Shown one piece after another: positions 49,510-64,000 of a stretch of DNA of 64,000 nt. The notes beneath the pieces were generated by a model, which did not search any database, was not told where the DNA came from, and worked only from the letters and a program-made list of their open reading frames with translations. Source of the stretch: a phage; the sequence record PZ445523.1. One strand, 5' to 3'. The position numbers and the translations under genes are program-made. Each line of letters starts with the position of its first letter. Position 1 is the stretch's first letter.

Positions 49510-49803
49510 ATGTCAGGATTGAGTTATGATAAGTGTGTTACTGCTGGCCATGAAGCGTGGCCTCCAACAGTTGTGAATGCTACGCAAAGTAAAGTATTCA
49601 CTGGAGGAATTGCTGTTCTAGTAGAAGGCGATCCAATTACAGAACATACAGAAATTAAAAAACCATATGAAACACATGGCGGAGTGACACAACCCAGAAC
49701 TTCTAAGGTATATGTCACTGGAAAGAAAGCTGTTCAAATGGCTGATCCAATATCATGTGGTGATACTGTGGCTCAGGCATCATCTAAAGTATTCATTAAA
49801 TAG
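49510..49803 (+). CDS. 5.4: PAAR-repeat spike tip protein gp5.4
   Basis: 97 aa, the size of T4 gp5.4; position after gene 5. Confidence 0.75.
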   Translation: MSGLSYDKCVTAGHEAWPPTVVNATQSKVFTGGIAVLVEGDPITEHTEIKKPYETHGGVTQPRTSKVYVTGKKAVQMADPISCGDTVAQASSKVFIK

Positions 49804-49811
49804 GATTTAAA

Positions 49812-51794
49812 ATGGCAAATACCCCTGTAAATTATCAATTAACAAGAACAGCAAATGCTATTCCCGAGATATTCGTCGGGGGTACGTTTGCTGAAATAAA
49901 ACAAAACCTCATTGAATGGCTTAATGGCCAAAATGAATTTTTGGATTATGATTTTGAAGGCTCAAGATTAAACGTTCTGTGTGACCTTTTGGCTTATAAT
50001 ACGCTGTACATTCAGCAGTTTGGTAATGCTGCTGTATATGAAAGCTTTATGCGTACTGCTAACTTACGAAGCTCAGTTGTTCAAGCTGCACAAGATAACG
50101 GATATTTACCTACTTCAAAATCCGCTGCGCAAACCGAAATTATGTTAACATGCACCGACGCATTGAATAGGAATTACATTACAATTCCTCGCGGAACTCG
50201 CTTTTTAGCATATGCAAAAGATACTTCTGTTAATCCATATAACTTCGTTTCTACCGAAGACGTTATTGCTATTCGTGATAAAAATAACCAATATTTTCCA
50301 CGTTTAAAATTGGCCCAGGGACGTATAGTAAGAACTGAAATCATTTATGATAAATTAACACCTATTATCATTTATGATAAAAATATTGATAGAAACCAGG
50401 TTAAATTATATGTTGATGGAGCGGAATGGATTAACTGGACGAGAAAGTCAATGGTTCATGCTGGTTCAACATCAACGATTTACTATATGCGTGAAACTAT
50501 TGATGGAAACACTGAATTCTATTTTGGTGAAGGTGAAATTTCTGTTAATGCTTCTGAAGGAGCTTTGACTGCTAATTATATTGGAGGTCTTAAACCTACT
50601 CAGAACTCTACGATTGTTATTGAGTACATCAGTACTAATGGTGCTGACGCGAACGGAGCAGTCGGATTTTCATACGCAGACACATTAACAAATATAACTG
50701 TCATCAATATTAATGAAAATCCAAACGGTGACCCAGATTTTGTTGGGGCAGATGGAGGCGGTGATCCAGAAGATATTGAGCGTATTCGCGAATTGGGTAC
50801 TATTAAACGCGAAACCCAGCAACGATGCGTAACTGCGACTGACTATGATACATTCGTTTCAGAGAGATTTGGTTCTATTATTCAAGCTGTTCAAACTTTC
50901 ACTGATTCTACTAAACCCGGGTATGCATTTATTGCTGCTAAACCTAAATCAGGACTGTATTTAACTACTGTACAGCGTGAAGATATTAAAAATTATCTCA
51001 AAGACTATAATTTAGCTCCTATTACGCCATCAATTATTTCTCCTAATTATCTTTTTATTAAGACTAATTTAAAAGTCACATATGCTTTAAATAAACTGCA
51101 AGAATCCGAACAGTGGCTTGAAGGTCAAATAATTGATAAAATTGATCGCTATTATACCGAAGATGTAGAAATTTTTAACTCATCTTTCGCTAAATCTAAG
51201 ATGTTAACTTATGTAGATGATGCAGATCATTCTGTCATCGGTTCATCAGCGACTATTCAAATGGTTCGTGAAGTACAAAACTTCTATAAAACACCTGAAG
51301 CAGGTATTAAATACAATAATCAAATAAAAGATCGTTCTATGGAATCTAATACGTTTTCATTTAATTCTGGACGAAAGGTTGTAAATCCTGATACTGGTTT
51401 AGAAGAAGATGTATTATATGACGTTCGTATAGTATCAACAGACCGAGATTCTAAAGGAATTGGTAAAGTTATTATTGGTCCATTTGCTTCTGGCGATGTT
51501 ACAGAAAATGAAAACATTCAGCCGTATACAGGCAACGATTTTAACAAATTAGCAAATTCTGATGGACGCGACAAATACTATGTTATCGGTGAAATAAATT
51601 ATCCGGCTGACATGATTTATTGGAATATCGCTAAAATTAATTTAACATCTGAAAAATTTGAGGTTCAGACTATTGAATTATATTCTGACCCAACCGATGA
51701 TGTTATCTTTACCCGTGATGGTTCACTGATTGTATTTGAAAATGATTTACGTCCACAATACTTAACTATCGATTTGGAGCCTATATCACAATGA
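49812..51794 (+). CDS. 6: Baseplate wedge protein gp6
   Basis: 660 aa; synteny. Confidence 0.9.
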   Translation: MANTPVNYQLTRTANAIPEIFVGGTFAEIKQNLIEWLNGQNEFLDYDFEGSRLNVLCDLLAYNTLYIQQFGNAAVYESFMRTANLRSSVVQAAQDNGYLPTSKSAAQTEIMLTCTDALNRNYITIPRGTRFLAYAKDTSVNPYNFVSTEDVIAIRDKNNQYFPRLKLAQGRIVRTEIIYDKLTPIIIYDKNIDRNQVKLYVDGAEWINWTRKSMVHAGSTSTIYYMRETIDGNTEFYFGEGEISVNASEGALTANYIGGLKPTQNSTIVIEYISTNGADANGAVGFSYADTLTNITVININENPNGDPDFVGADGGGDPEDIERIRELGTIKRETQQRCVTATDYDTFVSERFGSIIQAVQTFTDSTKPGYAFIAAKPKSGLYLTTVQREDIKNYLKDYNLAPITPSIISPNYLFIKTNLKVTYALNKLQESEQWLEGQIIDKIDRYYTEDVEIFNSSFAKSKMLTYVDDADHSVIGSSATIQMVREVQNFYKTPEAGIKYNNQIKDRSMESNTFSFNSGRKVVNPDTGLEEDVLYDVRIVSTDRDSKGIGKVIIGPFASGDVTENENIQPYTGNDFNKLANSDGRDKYYVIGEINYPADMIYWNIAKINLTSEKFEVQTIELYSDPTDDVIFTRDGSLIVFENDLRPQYLTIDLEPISQ

Positions 51795-54700
51795 CAGTAA
51801 AAGCACCTTCAGTCACTAGTCTCAGAATTTCCAAGTTATCCGCAAATCAGGTGCAAGTACGCTGGGATGACGTTGGTGCTAATTTCTACTATTTTGTAGA
51901 AATCGCTGAGACAAAAACGGACTCGGGGGAAAATCTCCCGAGCGATCAATATCGTTGGATTAATTTAGGATATACTGCAAATAACAGCTTCTTTTTTGAT
52001 GATGCTGATCCATTAACAACATACATTATTAGAGTAGCCACAGCTGCGCAAGATTTTGAGCAGTCTGATTGGATTTATACCGAAGAGTTTGAAACTTTTG
52101 CTACGAATGCTTACACATTTCAAAACATGATTGAAATGCAATTAGCCAATAAATTCATTCAGGAAAAATTTACTCTTAACAATTCTAATTATGTCAATTT
52201 TAATAATGACACTATAATGGCTGCATTGATGAATGAATCGTTTCAATTCAGCCCATCATATGCTGATGTCTCATCAATCAGTAATTTTATTATTGGTGAA
52301 AATGAATATCATGAAATACAGGGTTCTATTCAACAAGTATGTAAGGATATTAATCGAGTTTATTTGATGGAATCAGAAGGGATTCTGTATCTTTTTGAGC
52401 GCTATCAACCCGTAGTTAAAGTATCTAATGATAAAGGACAAACCTGGAAAGCTGTAAAGCTCTTCAATGACCGTGTAGGATATCCTTTATCTAAGACAGT
52501 ATATTACCAATCTGCAAACACAACATACGTTCTAGGATACGACAAGATTTTCTACGGCCGTAAATCTACTGATGTTAGATGGTCAGCTGATGATGTCAGA
52601 TTTAGTTCGCAGGATATAACATTCGCTAAACTTGTCGACCAATTACATCTAGGATTTGATGTAGAAATTTTTGCCACTTACGCGACTTTACCAGCGAATG
52701 TATACCGCATTGCAGAAGCTATTACTTGCACCGATGATTACATTTACGTTGTCGCCAGAGACAAAGTTAGATACATAAAAACGAGTAATGCACCTATAGA
52801 TTCTGATCCATTATCTCCGACATATTCAGAAAGACTTTTTGAACCTGATACAATGACTATAACTGGAAATCCTAAAGCAGTATGCTATAAAATGGATTCT
52901 ATCGGTGATAAAGTTTTTGCTCTTATTATTGGCGAAGTTGAAACATTAAATGCCAATCCAAGAACATCAAAAATAATTGATTCTGTTGATAAAGGAATAT
53001 ATGTTTTAAATCATGACGAAAAAACATGGAAAAGAGTTTTCGGTAATACCGAAGAAGAAAGAAGACGTATTCAACCCGGATATGCGAATATGTCAACTGA
53101 CGGTAAATTAGTTTCTCTATCTTCGAGTAATTTTAAATTTTTAAGTGATAACATTGTTAATGACCCTGAAACTGTGGTGAAATATCAGTTAATCGGTGCT
53201 GTTAAATATGAATTTCCCCGTGAATGGTTAGCTGATAAGCATTATCATATGATGGCATTTATAGCGGATGAAAAATCTGATTGGGAGACTTTTACTCCTC
53301 AACCAATGAAATACTACGCAGAACCGTTTTTTAACTGGTCTAAAAAATCTAACACACGCTGTTGGATAAACAACTCTAATAGAGCTGTAGTAGTTTATGC
53401 TGATTTAAAATACACTAAAGTTATAGAAAATATTCCGGAAACATCACCAGATAGATTAGTTCATGAATACTGGGATGATGGTGATTGCACTATAGTAATG
53501 CCAAATGTTAAATTCACCGGATTTAAAAAATATGCATCTGGGATGCTTTTCTATAAAGCCTCCGGTGAAATAATTTCTTACTATGATTTTAACTATCGTG
53601 TGAGAGATACAGTAGAAATTATTTGGAAGCCGACTGGAGTATTTTTAAAAGCATTTTTACAAAACCAAGAGCATGAGACTCCTTGGTCACCAGAAGAAGA
53701 GCATGGATTAGCTGATCCTGATTTAAGACCATTAATTGGCACAATGATGCCTGATTCTTATTTGTTACAGGATTCGAATTTTGAGGCATTTTGCGAAGCA
53801 TATATTCAGTATCTTTCTGATGGATATGGAACTCAGTATAACAATTTACGAAATTTAATTCGTAATCAGTATCCACGAGAAGAGCATGCATGGGAATATT
53901 TGTGGTCAGAGATATATAAAAGAAACATTTATTTGAACGCGGATAAGCGAGATGCTGTAGCAAGATTTTTTGAATCACGTAGTTATGATTTTTATTCTAC
54001 TAAAGGAATTGAAGCATCATACAAATTTCTTTTTAAAGTTCTTTATAATGAAGAAGTTGAAATTGAAATTGAATCTGGAGCTGGTACTGAATATGATATA
54101 ATTGTTCAATCTGATTCTTTGACTGAAGATTTAGTAGGACAAACGATTTATACTGCAACAGGAAGATGTAATGTTACTTATATAGAAAGAAGCTATTCTA
54201 ATGGTAAATTGCAATGGACCGTAACTATTCATAATCTTTTGGGACGATTAATTGCTGGTCAAGAAGTTAAAGCAGAAAGACTCCCTAGTTTTGAAGGCGA
54301 AATTATTCGTGGAGTTAAAGGAAAGGATTTGCTTCAAAACAATATAGACTATATTAATAGAAGTAGATCATACTATGTAATGAAAATTAAATCCAATTTA
54401 CCTTCTTCCCGCTGGAAATCTGACGTTATTCGTTTTGTTCATCCAGTAGGATTTGGATTTATAGCAATTACTCTTTTAACGATGTTTATTAATGTCGGTT
54501 TAACTCTTAAACACACAGAGACTATAATTAATAAATACAAAAACTATAAATGGGATTCTGGATTGCCTACTGAATATGCTGATAGAGTAGCTAAATTGAC
54601 TCCAACTGGTGAAATTGAGCATGATTCATTAACAGGCGAAGCAATTTATGAGCCTGGCCCAATGGCTGGTGTAGAATATCCTCTTCCTGATGACTATAAT

Positions 54701-54889
54701 GCTGAAAATAATAATTCAATATTTCAAGGTCAATTGCCGTCTGAACGACGTAAATTAATGAGTCCTTTATTTGATGCATCTGGAACAACATTTGCGCAAT
54801 TTAGAGATTTAGTTAATAAACGTCTAAAAGACAATATAGGAAATCCAAGAGACCCTGAAAATCCAACACAGGTTAAAATAGATGAATGA
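51791..54889 (+). CDS. 7: Baseplate wedge protein gp7
   Basis: 1032 aa; synteny. Confidence 0.9.
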   Translation: MTVKAPSVTSLRISKLSANQVQVRWDDVGANFYYFVEIAETKTDSGENLPSDQYRWINLGYTANNSFFFDDADPLTTYIIRVATAAQDFEQSDWIYTEEFETFATNAYTFQNMIEMQLANKFIQEKFTLNNSNYVNFNNDTIMAALMNESFQFSPSYADVSSISNFIIGENEYHEIQGSIQQVCKDINRVYLMESEGILYLFERYQPVVKVSNDKGQTWKAVKLFNDRVGYPLSKTVYYQSANTTYVLGYDKIFYGRKSTDVRWSADDVRFSSQDITFAKLVDQLHLGFDVEIFATYATLPANVYRIAEAITCTDDYIYVVARDKVRYIKTSNAPIDSDPLSPTYSERLFEPDTMTITGNPKAVCYKMDSIGDKVFALIIGEVETLNANPRTSKIIDSVDKGIYVLNHDEKTWKRVFGNTEEERRRIQPGYANMSTDGKLVSLSSSNFKFLSDNIVNDPETVVKYQLIGAVKYEFPREWLADKHYHMMAFIADEKSDWETFTPQPMKYYAEPFFNWSKKSNTRCWINNSNRAVVVYADLKYTKVIENIPETSPDRLVHEYWDDGDCTIVMPNVKFTGFKKYASGMLFYKASGEIISYYDFNYRVRDTVEIIWKPTGVFLKAFLQNQEHETPWSPEEEHGLADPDLRPLIGTMMPDSYLLQDSNFEAFCEAYIQYLSDGYGTQYNNLRNLIRNQYPREEHAWEYLWSEIYKRNIYLNADKRDAVARFFESRSYDFYSTKGIEASYKFLFKVLYNEEVEIEIESGAGTEYDIIVQSDSLTEDLVGQTIYTATGRCNVTYIERSYSNGKLQWTVTIHNLLGRLIAGQEVKAERLPSFEGEIIRGVKGKDLLQNNIDYINRSRSYYVMKIKSNLPSSRWKSDVIRFVHPVGFGFIAITLLTMFINVGLTLKHTETIINKYKNYKWDSGLPTEYADRVAKLTPTGEIEHDSLTGEAIYEPGPMAGVEYPLPDDYNAENNNSIFQGQLPSERRKLMSPLFDASGTTFAQFRDLVNKRLKDNIGNPRDPENPTQVKIDE

Positions 54890-55886
54890 TTCAAGTGTTA
54901 TCTATCGTGCGATAGTTACTTCAAAATTTAGAACAGAAAAAATGTTGAATTTTTATAATTCAATTGGAAGTGGTCCGGATAAAAACACTATCTTTATCAC
55001 ATTTGGAAGATCAGAACCGTGGTCATCAAATGAAAATGAGGTGGGCTTTGCCCCACCTTATCCAACCGATTCTGTATTAGGAGTAACTGACATGTGGACG
55101 CATATGATGGGAACAGTAAAAGTTCTTCCATCAATGCTTGATGCAGTTATTCCTCGTCGAGATTGGGGAGATACTAGATATCCGGATCCGTATACATTTA
55201 GAATTAACGATATTGTAGTGTGTAACTCAGCTCCTTACAACGCTACTGAATCAGGCGCAGGCTGGTTAGTATATCGTTGTTTAGATGTTCCTGATACCGG
55301 AATGTGTTCAATCGCATCTTTAACTGATAAGGATGAATGCCTTAAATTAGGCGGAAAATGGACACCTTCTGTTAGGTCAATGACTCCTCCTGAAGGTCGA
55401 GGAGATGCTGAAGGAACAATTGAACCTGGGGACGGGTATGTATGGGAATATCTATTTGAGATTCCACCCGATGTATCTATAAATAGATGCACGAATGAAT
55501 ATATCGTGGTTCCTTGGCCTGAGGAATTAAAAGAAGACCCGACTAGATGGGGATATGAAGATAATCTCACTTGGCAGCAAGATGATTTTGGATTAATTTA
55601 CCGGGTTAAGGCAAATACTATCCGTTTTAAAGCATATTTAGATTCAGTTTACTTTCCTGATGCTGCATTGCCAGGAAATAAAGGATTTAGACAAATATCA
55701 ATAATCACGAATCCTCTTGAAGCTAAAGCTCATCCAAATGACCCAAACGTTAAAGCTGAAAAGGATTATTATGATCCAGAAGATTTAATGAGGCATTCGG
55801 GCGAAATGATTTATATGGAAAATAGGCCACCTATTATCATGGCAATGGATCAAACAGAAGAAATCAATATTCTGTTTACATTTTAA
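54882..55886 (+). CDS. 8: Baseplate wedge protein gp8
   Basis: 334 aa; synteny; terminator hairpin downstream. Confidence 0.9.
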   Translation: MNDSSVIYRAIVTSKFRTEKMLNFYNSIGSGPDKNTIFITFGRSEPWSSNENEVGFAPPYPTDSVLGVTDMWTHMMGTVKVLPSMLDAVIPRRDWGDTRYPDPYTFRINDIVVCNSAPYNATESGAGWLVYRCLDVPDTGMCSIASLTDKDECLKLGGKWTPSVRSMTPPEGRGDAEGTIEPGDGYVWEYLFEIPPDVSINRCTNEYIVVPWPEELKEDPTRWGYEDNLTWQQDDFGLIYRVKANTIRFKAYLDSVYFPDAALPGNKGFRQISIITNPLEAKAHPNDPNVKAEKDYYDPEDLMRHSGEMIYMENRPPIIMAMDQTEEINILFTF

Positions 55887-55890
55887 ATTA

Positions 55891-55914
55891 AGGGAGCCCA
55901 TGGGCTCCCTTTTT
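55891..55914 (+). terminator. Intrinsic terminator after gene 8
   Basis: AGGGAGCCC-ATG-GGCTCCCT followed by TTTT. Confidence 0.7.
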
Positions 55915-55917
55915 CTT

Positions 55918-55925
55918 TATAAATA
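55918..55925 (+). promoter_or_regulatory. Late promoter for gene 9
   Basis: Plus-strand TATAAATA 25 nt upstream of the gene 9 start. Confidence 0.65.
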
Positions 55926-55949
55926 CTATAAACTCATAAGGAAACCGCT

Positions 55950-56816
55950 ATGTTCATTCAAGAACCAAAGAAATTGATTGATACCGGCGAAATTGGTAAC
56001 GCTTCTACTGGTGATATCTTATTCGACGGTGGTAATAAAATTAATAGTGATTTTAACGCAATTTATAATGCGTTTGGCGATCAGCGTAAAATGGCAGTAG
56101 CAAATGGCACTGGAGCAGATGGTCAAATTATCCATGCTACTGGGTATTATCAAAAACACTCTATTACAGAGTACGCAACTCCAGTGAAAGTTGGCACTAG
56201 ACATGATATTGATACCTCTACTGTAGGTGTTAAAGTTATTATTGAAAGAGGCGAACTCGGCGATTGTGTTGAATTCATTAACTCTAATGGATCAATATCA
56301 GTTACTAATCCTTTAACAATTCAAGCTATTGATTCAATTAAAGGTGTTTCAGGTAATTTAGTAGTAACTAGCCCATATAGTAAAGTAACTTTACGCTGTA
56401 TTTCATCTGATAATTCTACATCGGTTTGGAATTATTCTATTGAAAGTATGTTTGGACAAAAGGAATCACCAGCTGAAGGTACATGGAATATTTCTACATC
56501 CGGATCAGTTGATATTCCACTATTTCATCGCACTGAATACAATATGGCTAAATTGTTAGTTACGTGCCAATCGGTAGATGGAAGAAAAATTAAAACGGCA
56601 GAAATAAATATTCTTGTGGATATTGTTAATTCAGAGGTCATTTCTTCTGAATATGCTGTCATGCGAGTTGGGAATGAAACCGAAGAAGACGAAATCGCTA
56701 ATATTGCATTTAGTATTAAAGAAAATTATGTAACGGCGACTATAAGTTCTTCAACTGTCGGTATGAGAGCAGCAGTTAAAGTTATCGCTACGCAGAAAAT
56801 CGGGGTGGCTCAATAA
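55950..56816 (+). CDS. 9: Baseplate long-tail-fibre socket protein gp9
   Basis: 288 aa; late promoter TATAAATA at 55918-55925. Confidence 0.9.
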   Translation: MFIQEPKKLIDTGEIGNASTGDILFDGGNKINSDFNAIYNAFGDQRKMAVANGTGADGQIIHATGYYQKHSITEYATPVKVGTRHDIDTSTVGVKVIIERGELGDCVEFINSNGSISVTNPLTIQAIDSIKGVSGNLVVTSPYSKVTLRCISSDNSTSVWNYSIESMFGQKESPAEGTWNISTSGSVDIPLFHRTEYNMAKLLVTCQSVDGRKIKTAEINILVDIVNSEVISSEYAVMRVGNETEEDEIANIAFSIKENYVTATISSSTVGMRAAVKVIATQKIGVAQ

Positions 56817-58621
56817 TGAAACAAAATATTAATATCGGTAATGTTGTAGATGATGGTACCGGTGACTACCTGCGTAAAGGTGGTATAAAAATAAATGAAA
56901 ACTTTGATGAGCTTTATTACGAGCTTGGTGACGGTGATGTTCCATATTCAGCTGGTGCCTGGAAAACTTATAATGCTTCATCAGGACAAACACTAACAGC
57001 AGAATGGGGAAAATCATATGCCATTAACACTTCATCTGGAAGAGTAACTCTACAACTTCCTAAAGGAACCGTTAATGATTATAATAAAGTAATTAAAGCT
57101 AGGGATGTATTTGCAACATGGAATGTTAATCCAGTTACTCTAGTAGCCGCTTCTGGTGATACTATTAAAGGATCATCGTCATCAGTTGAAATTAATGTTC
57201 AATTTAGCGATTTAGAATTAGTTTATTGTGCTCCAGGACGTTGGGAATATGTCAAAAACAAACAAATTGACAAAATTATTAGTTCAGATATTAGTAATGT
57301 AGCACGTAAAGAATTTTTAGTTGAAGTTCAAGGACAAACAGACTTTTTAGATATTTTCCGTGGAACTAGCTATAATGTTAATAACATCCGAGTAAAACAC
57401 CGCGGTAATGAATTATATTACGGCGATGTATTTAGTGAAAACAGTGACTTTGGCTCTCCTGGGGAAAATGAAGGAGAATTGATTCCTCTTGATGGATTTA
57501 ATATTAGGTTAAGACAGCCTTGTAATATTGGTGACACTGTTCAAATTGAAACATTTATGGATGGTATATCACAATGGAGAAGTTCATATACAAGACGCCA
57601 AATAAAAGTATTAGATTCAAAATTAACGTCAAAAACTTCTTTAGAAGGAAGTATTTACGTTACTGATTTATCAACAATGAAATCAATTCCATTCTCTGCA
57701 TTTGGATTAATTCCCGGAGAACCTATTAATCCTAATTCTCTTGAAGTTCGTTTTAATGGAATTTTACAACAACAAGCTGGAACAGCTGGATATCCTCTGT
57801 TTTTGTGTGAAGGTGCTAATTCAGATACGCAAGCAGGATGTATATCTCTTGGTGGTGAATGGAAAGAATCGAACACAGATTATTCTATAGAATATGAAGA
57901 TGGAAAACCTGTCAGTCTTTTATTTGATAGAAAATTTGAATCAGGAGATATAATCGTTATAACATGGTTCAATAATGATTTAGGAACTCTTTTAGAAAAA
58001 GATGACATTATTGAATTAACTGATGACCGTTATGTTAGTAAAGGATCATCTACTGAAGTTACTGGTGATGTAGCCTTAACAGATTTTGATAAAATCGGTT
58101 GGCCAAATGTTGAAAAAGTTGATTCTTATACTAGAACGTATAATTCAATATCATCTATTTTCGACAGCATTTATCCTGTTGGTTCAATTTATGAAAATGC
58201 TATAAACCCAAATAATCCGGTGACTTATATGGGATTTGGTTCATGGAAATTATTTGGTAAAGGACAAGTTTTAGTAGGATGGAATGATGATGTTACGGAT
58301 CCAAACTTTGCTTTAAACAATAATGATTTAGATTCTAGCGGAAATCCTTCACATACTGCCGGTGGAACAGTTGGTACAACATCAGTAACGCTTGAAAACG
58401 CAAATCTTCCTGCGACTAAAACTGATGAAAGAGTTTTAATTGAAGACGAAAATGGATCAGTTATTATTGGAGGTTGCCAATATGACCCAGACGAAACTGG
58501 TCCTATATATACAAAATATCGTGAAGACTACGCAACAACAAACTCTTCACATACTCCTCCTGCTAATATTAGTAATATTCAACCGTCTATTACTGTATAC
58601 CGTTGGATAAGGATTGCATAA
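56816..58621 (+). CDS. 10: Baseplate wedge / short tail fibre attachment protein gp10
   Basis: 601 aa; synteny. Confidence 0.9.
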   Translation: MKQNINIGNVVDDGTGDYLRKGGIKINENFDELYYELGDGDVPYSAGAWKTYNASSGQTLTAEWGKSYAINTSSGRVTLQLPKGTVNDYNKVIKARDVFATWNVNPVTLVAASGDTIKGSSSSVEINVQFSDLELVYCAPGRWEYVKNKQIDKIISSDISNVARKEFLVEVQGQTDFLDIFRGTSYNVNNIRVKHRGNELYYGDVFSENSDFGSPGENEGELIPLDGFNIRLRQPCNIGDTVQIETFMDGISQWRSSYTRRQIKVLDSKLTSKTSLEGSIYVTDLSTMKSIPFSAFGLIPGEPINPNSLEVRFNGILQQQAGTAGYPLFLCEGANSDTQAGCISLGGEWKESNTDYSIEYEDGKPVSLLFDRKFESGDIIVITWFNNDLGTLLEKDDIIELTDDRYVSKGSSTEVTGDVALTDFDKIGWPNVEKVDSYTRTYNSISSIFDSIYPVGSIYENAINPNNPVTYMGFGSWKLFGKGQVLVGWNDDVTDPNFALNNNDLDSSGNPSHTAGGTVGTTSVTLENANLPATKTDERVLIEDENGSVIIGGCQYDPDETGPIYTKYREDYATTNSSHTPPANISNIQPSITVYRWIRIA

Positions 58622-59280
58622 TGAGTTTACTTAATAATAAAGCGGGAGTTATTTCCCGCTTAGCAGATTTTCTTGGTTTTAGAACTAAGAAAAATGATAT
58701 TTCGGTTATGAATAATCAACCGGTAGGCGCTGTAACAATTTCACAAATAGCAAAAGGTTTTTATGACTCAAATGTAGAATCTGCTATCAATGATGTTAGA
58801 AATATGGCAGAGCAACAGGTTGGAGCTGTATTAATTAATATAAGCGGCGTATCTCCTACTGGCGTGCAACAAACCGACTATTGGTCATTTGAAGGAACTG
58901 TTACTGATACTTCAGCCAAACCAGGTGACCCAGTTATTGTTAACATGTTTGGTATTCCAGTTAAAGCTACTAATGGAATGACTTCAATTGAATTTACTAG
59001 TGCTGTTAGAACAGCTCTACAGGAAATGGTTGTAAAATTTATTGCAATTGATTCATTTGAAGACCATCCTACTATAGGGAATAAAATACAAGTTAAGTAT
59101 TTAGATAACCAAGAACATATCTTAGAGCAATACTCTGATAAAGGAATTACTTTCAAACAAGAAATAATTTCTCCTTCTAAACCCGGGTATGGAACTTGGC
59201 AATTATTAGGTGCGCAAACTGTTACGCTAGATAGTCACACACAACCTACAGTATTTTATTATTTTGAGAGAATAGCATGA
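58621..59280 (+). CDS. 11: Baseplate wedge protein gp11
   Basis: 219 aa from [10 protein letters not shown]. Confidence 0.85.
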   Translation: MSLLNNKAGVISRLADFLGFRTKKNDISVMNNQPVGAVTISQIAKGFYDSNVESAINDVRNMAEQQVGAVLINISGVSPTGVQQTDYWSFEGTVTDTSAKPGDPVIVNMFGIPVKATNGMTSIEFTSAVRTALQEMVVKFIAIDSFEDHPTIGNKIQVKYLDNQEHILEQYSDKGITFKQEIISPSKPGYGTWQLLGAQTVTLDSHTQPTVFYYFERIA

Positions 59281-60827
59281 GTAACAATACATATCAGCAC
59301 GTATCAAATGAATCAAAATATGTTAAATTCGATCCTACTGGATCGAATTTTCCTGGCACTGTTACGACAGTACAGTCTGCATTATCAAAAATAAGTAATA
59401 TCGGCGTAAATGGTATTCCTGATGCAACTATGGAAGTTAAAGGAATAGCAATGATTGCATCAGAGCAAGAGGTTTTAGATGGAACAAATAATTCTAAAAT
59501 CGTTACACCAGCTACATTAGCAACAAGATTATTGTATCCAAACGCTACTGAAACTAAATATGGTTTAACGCGCTATTCAACAAATGAAGAAACATTAGAA
59601 GGCTCAGATAATAATTCATCAATAACGCCGCAAAAACTGAAATACCATACTGATGATGTGTTCCGAAATAGATATTCATCTGAGTCATCAAACGGGGTTA
59701 TTAAAATATCATCTACGCCTGCAGCTTTGGCTGGTGTCGATGATACTACGGCGATGACTCCGTTGAAAACCCAAAAACTTGCAATAAAATTAATTTCACA
59801 AATAGCTCCTTCAGAAGACACTGCAACAGAATCTGTGAGAGGAGTAGTTCAATTATCTACTGTTGCACAAACTCGTCAAGGAACTCTCCGTGAAGGATAT
59901 GCAATTTCCCCGTATACCTTTATGAATTCTGTTGCAACACAAGAATATAAGGGTGTTATACGTCTAGGAACACAATCAGAAATTAATAATAATTTGGGGG
60001 ATGTTGCAGTAACAGGTGAAACACTAAATGGTCGAGGAGCTACTGGTTCTATGCGTGGAGTAGTAAAATTAACGACGCAGGCCGGTATTGCTCCTGAAGG
60101 CGATAGCTCTGGGGCATTAGCCTGGAACGCAGACGTAATTAATACTCGTGGTGGACAAACTATTAATGGTTCTTTAAATTTAGATCATCTCACAGCAAAT
60201 GGAATTTGGTCGCGCGGCGGAATGTGGAAAAATGGCGATCAACCTGTTGCCACTGAAAGATACGCGTCCGAAAGAGTTCCAGTTGGAACTATTATGATGT
60301 TTGCGGGTGATTCAGCACCTCCAGGTTGGATTATGTGTCATGGTGGAACCGTGTCAGGTAACCAATTTCCTGATTATAGAAACGTAGTTGGAACAAGATT
60401 TGGTGGCGATTGGAATAATCCTGGCATTCCTGATATGCGAGGTCTTTTCGTCAGAGGCGCGGGCACAGGCGGTCATATTTTAAATCAACGAGGACAAGAT
60501 GGTTATGGGAAGGATAGACTTGGTGTAGGATGTGATGGAATGCATGTTGGCGGTGTTCAAGCACAACAAATGTCATACCATAAACACGCTGGTGGTTGGG
60601 GGGAATATAACAGAAGTGAAGGTCCATTTGGCGCGTCTGTTTATCAAGGATATCTTGGAACTAGAAAATATTCCGACTGGGATAATGCTTCATACTTCAC
60701 CAATGATGGATTTGAATTAGGTGGACCGAGAGATGCCCTTGGTACACTTAATCGCGAAGGATTAATTGGTTATGAAACTAGACCATGGAATATATCATTA
60801 AACTATATTATTAAAATTCATTACTAA
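59277..60827 (+). CDS. 12: Short tail fibre gp12
   Basis: 516 aa (T4 is 527 as I recall); synteny. Confidence 0.85.
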   Translation: MSNNTYQHVSNESKYVKFDPTGSNFPGTVTTVQSALSKISNIGVNGIPDATMEVKGIAMIASEQEVLDGTNNSKIVTPATLATRLLYPNATETKYGLTRYSTNEETLEGSDNNSSITPQKLKYHTDDVFRNRYSSESSNGVIKISSTPAALAGVDDTTAMTPLKTQKLAIKLISQIAPSEDTATESVRGVVQLSTVAQTRQGTLREGYAISPYTFMNSVATQEYKGVIRLGTQSEINNNLGDVAVTGETLNGRGATGSMRGVVKLTTQAGIAPEGDSSGALAWNADVINTRGGQTINGSLNLDHLTANGIWSRGGMWKNGDQPVATERYASERVPVGTIMMFAGDSAPPGWIMCHGGTVSGNQFPDYRNVVGTRFGGDWNNPGIPDMRGLFVRGAGTGGHILNQRGQDGYGKDRLGVGCDGMHVGGVQAQQMSYHKHAGGWGEYNRSEGPFGASVYQGYLGTRKYSDWDNASYFTNDGFELGGPRDALGTLNREGLIGYETRPWNISLNYIIKIHY

Positions 60828-62294
<1,467 letters not shown>

Positions 62295-62297
62295 CAT

Positions 62298-62313
62298 GGG
62301 GCCGCAAGGCCCC
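62298..62313 (+). terminator. GCAA-tetraloop hairpin after wac
   Basis: GGGGCC-GCAA-GGCCCC; weak U-tract, so possibly a stability element rather than a terminator. Confidence 0.45.
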
Positions 62314-62325
62314 AAAGGATTTTAA

Positions 62326-64000
<1,675 letters not shown>

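Noticed and set aside
55235-55570. 111-aa minus-strand ORF inside gene 8, and similar antisense ORFs inside genes 7, 9, 10, 12 and 13
   Set aside because: Antisense to well-supported late structural genes in a tightly packed plus-strand operon.

Overview
This window is a contiguous segment of a T4-like (T-even, Tevenvirinae) phage genome, very close to T4 but not T4 itself: the lysozyme differs from the T4 sequence I recall at about three residues, nrdD is an uninterrupted 605-aa ORF, and gp12 and wac differ slightly in length. All coordinates come from reading the sequence and the ORF track by eye; no search or alignment was run, so gene names rest on recognised motifs, lengths and conserved T4 gene order. 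Minus strand, 1-46631: clamp loader 62/44, clamp 45, rpbA, recombination nucleases 46/47, a-gt, late sigma 55, nrdH-like, nrdG, nrdD, endonuclease VII (49), nrdC, a large accessory block (16.0-28.4 kb), rI, tk, a second accessory block (29.0-34.0 kb) ending at regB/denV, lysozyme e, nudE, a third accessory block (35.9-39.8 kb), eight tRNAs split by segB, internal-protein-like genes, 57B (Acb1), 57A, 1, 3, 2, 4. Plus strand, 46679-64000: baseplate and fibre module 53, 5, 5.1, 5.4, 6, 7, 8, 9, 10, 11, 12, wac, 13 and the start of 14. Regulatory structure is readable directly: at least 12 minus-strand early promoters (GTTTAC, 18 nt, TAnnAT), TATAAATA late promoters, and many UUCG/GNRA hairpins. 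The best candidates for an undescribed system are in the accessory blocks: a nucleotidyltransferase plus AAA+ ATPase pair, a four-gene paralog family with C-terminal coiled coils, a macro-domain protein, a host-derived GrcA-like gene, tandem paralogs with a membrane protein, a secreted lytic-transglycosylase pair, and a dispersed family of ~60-aa helical proteins. Most probably have uncharacterised T4 counterparts, so any novelty is functional rather than presence.
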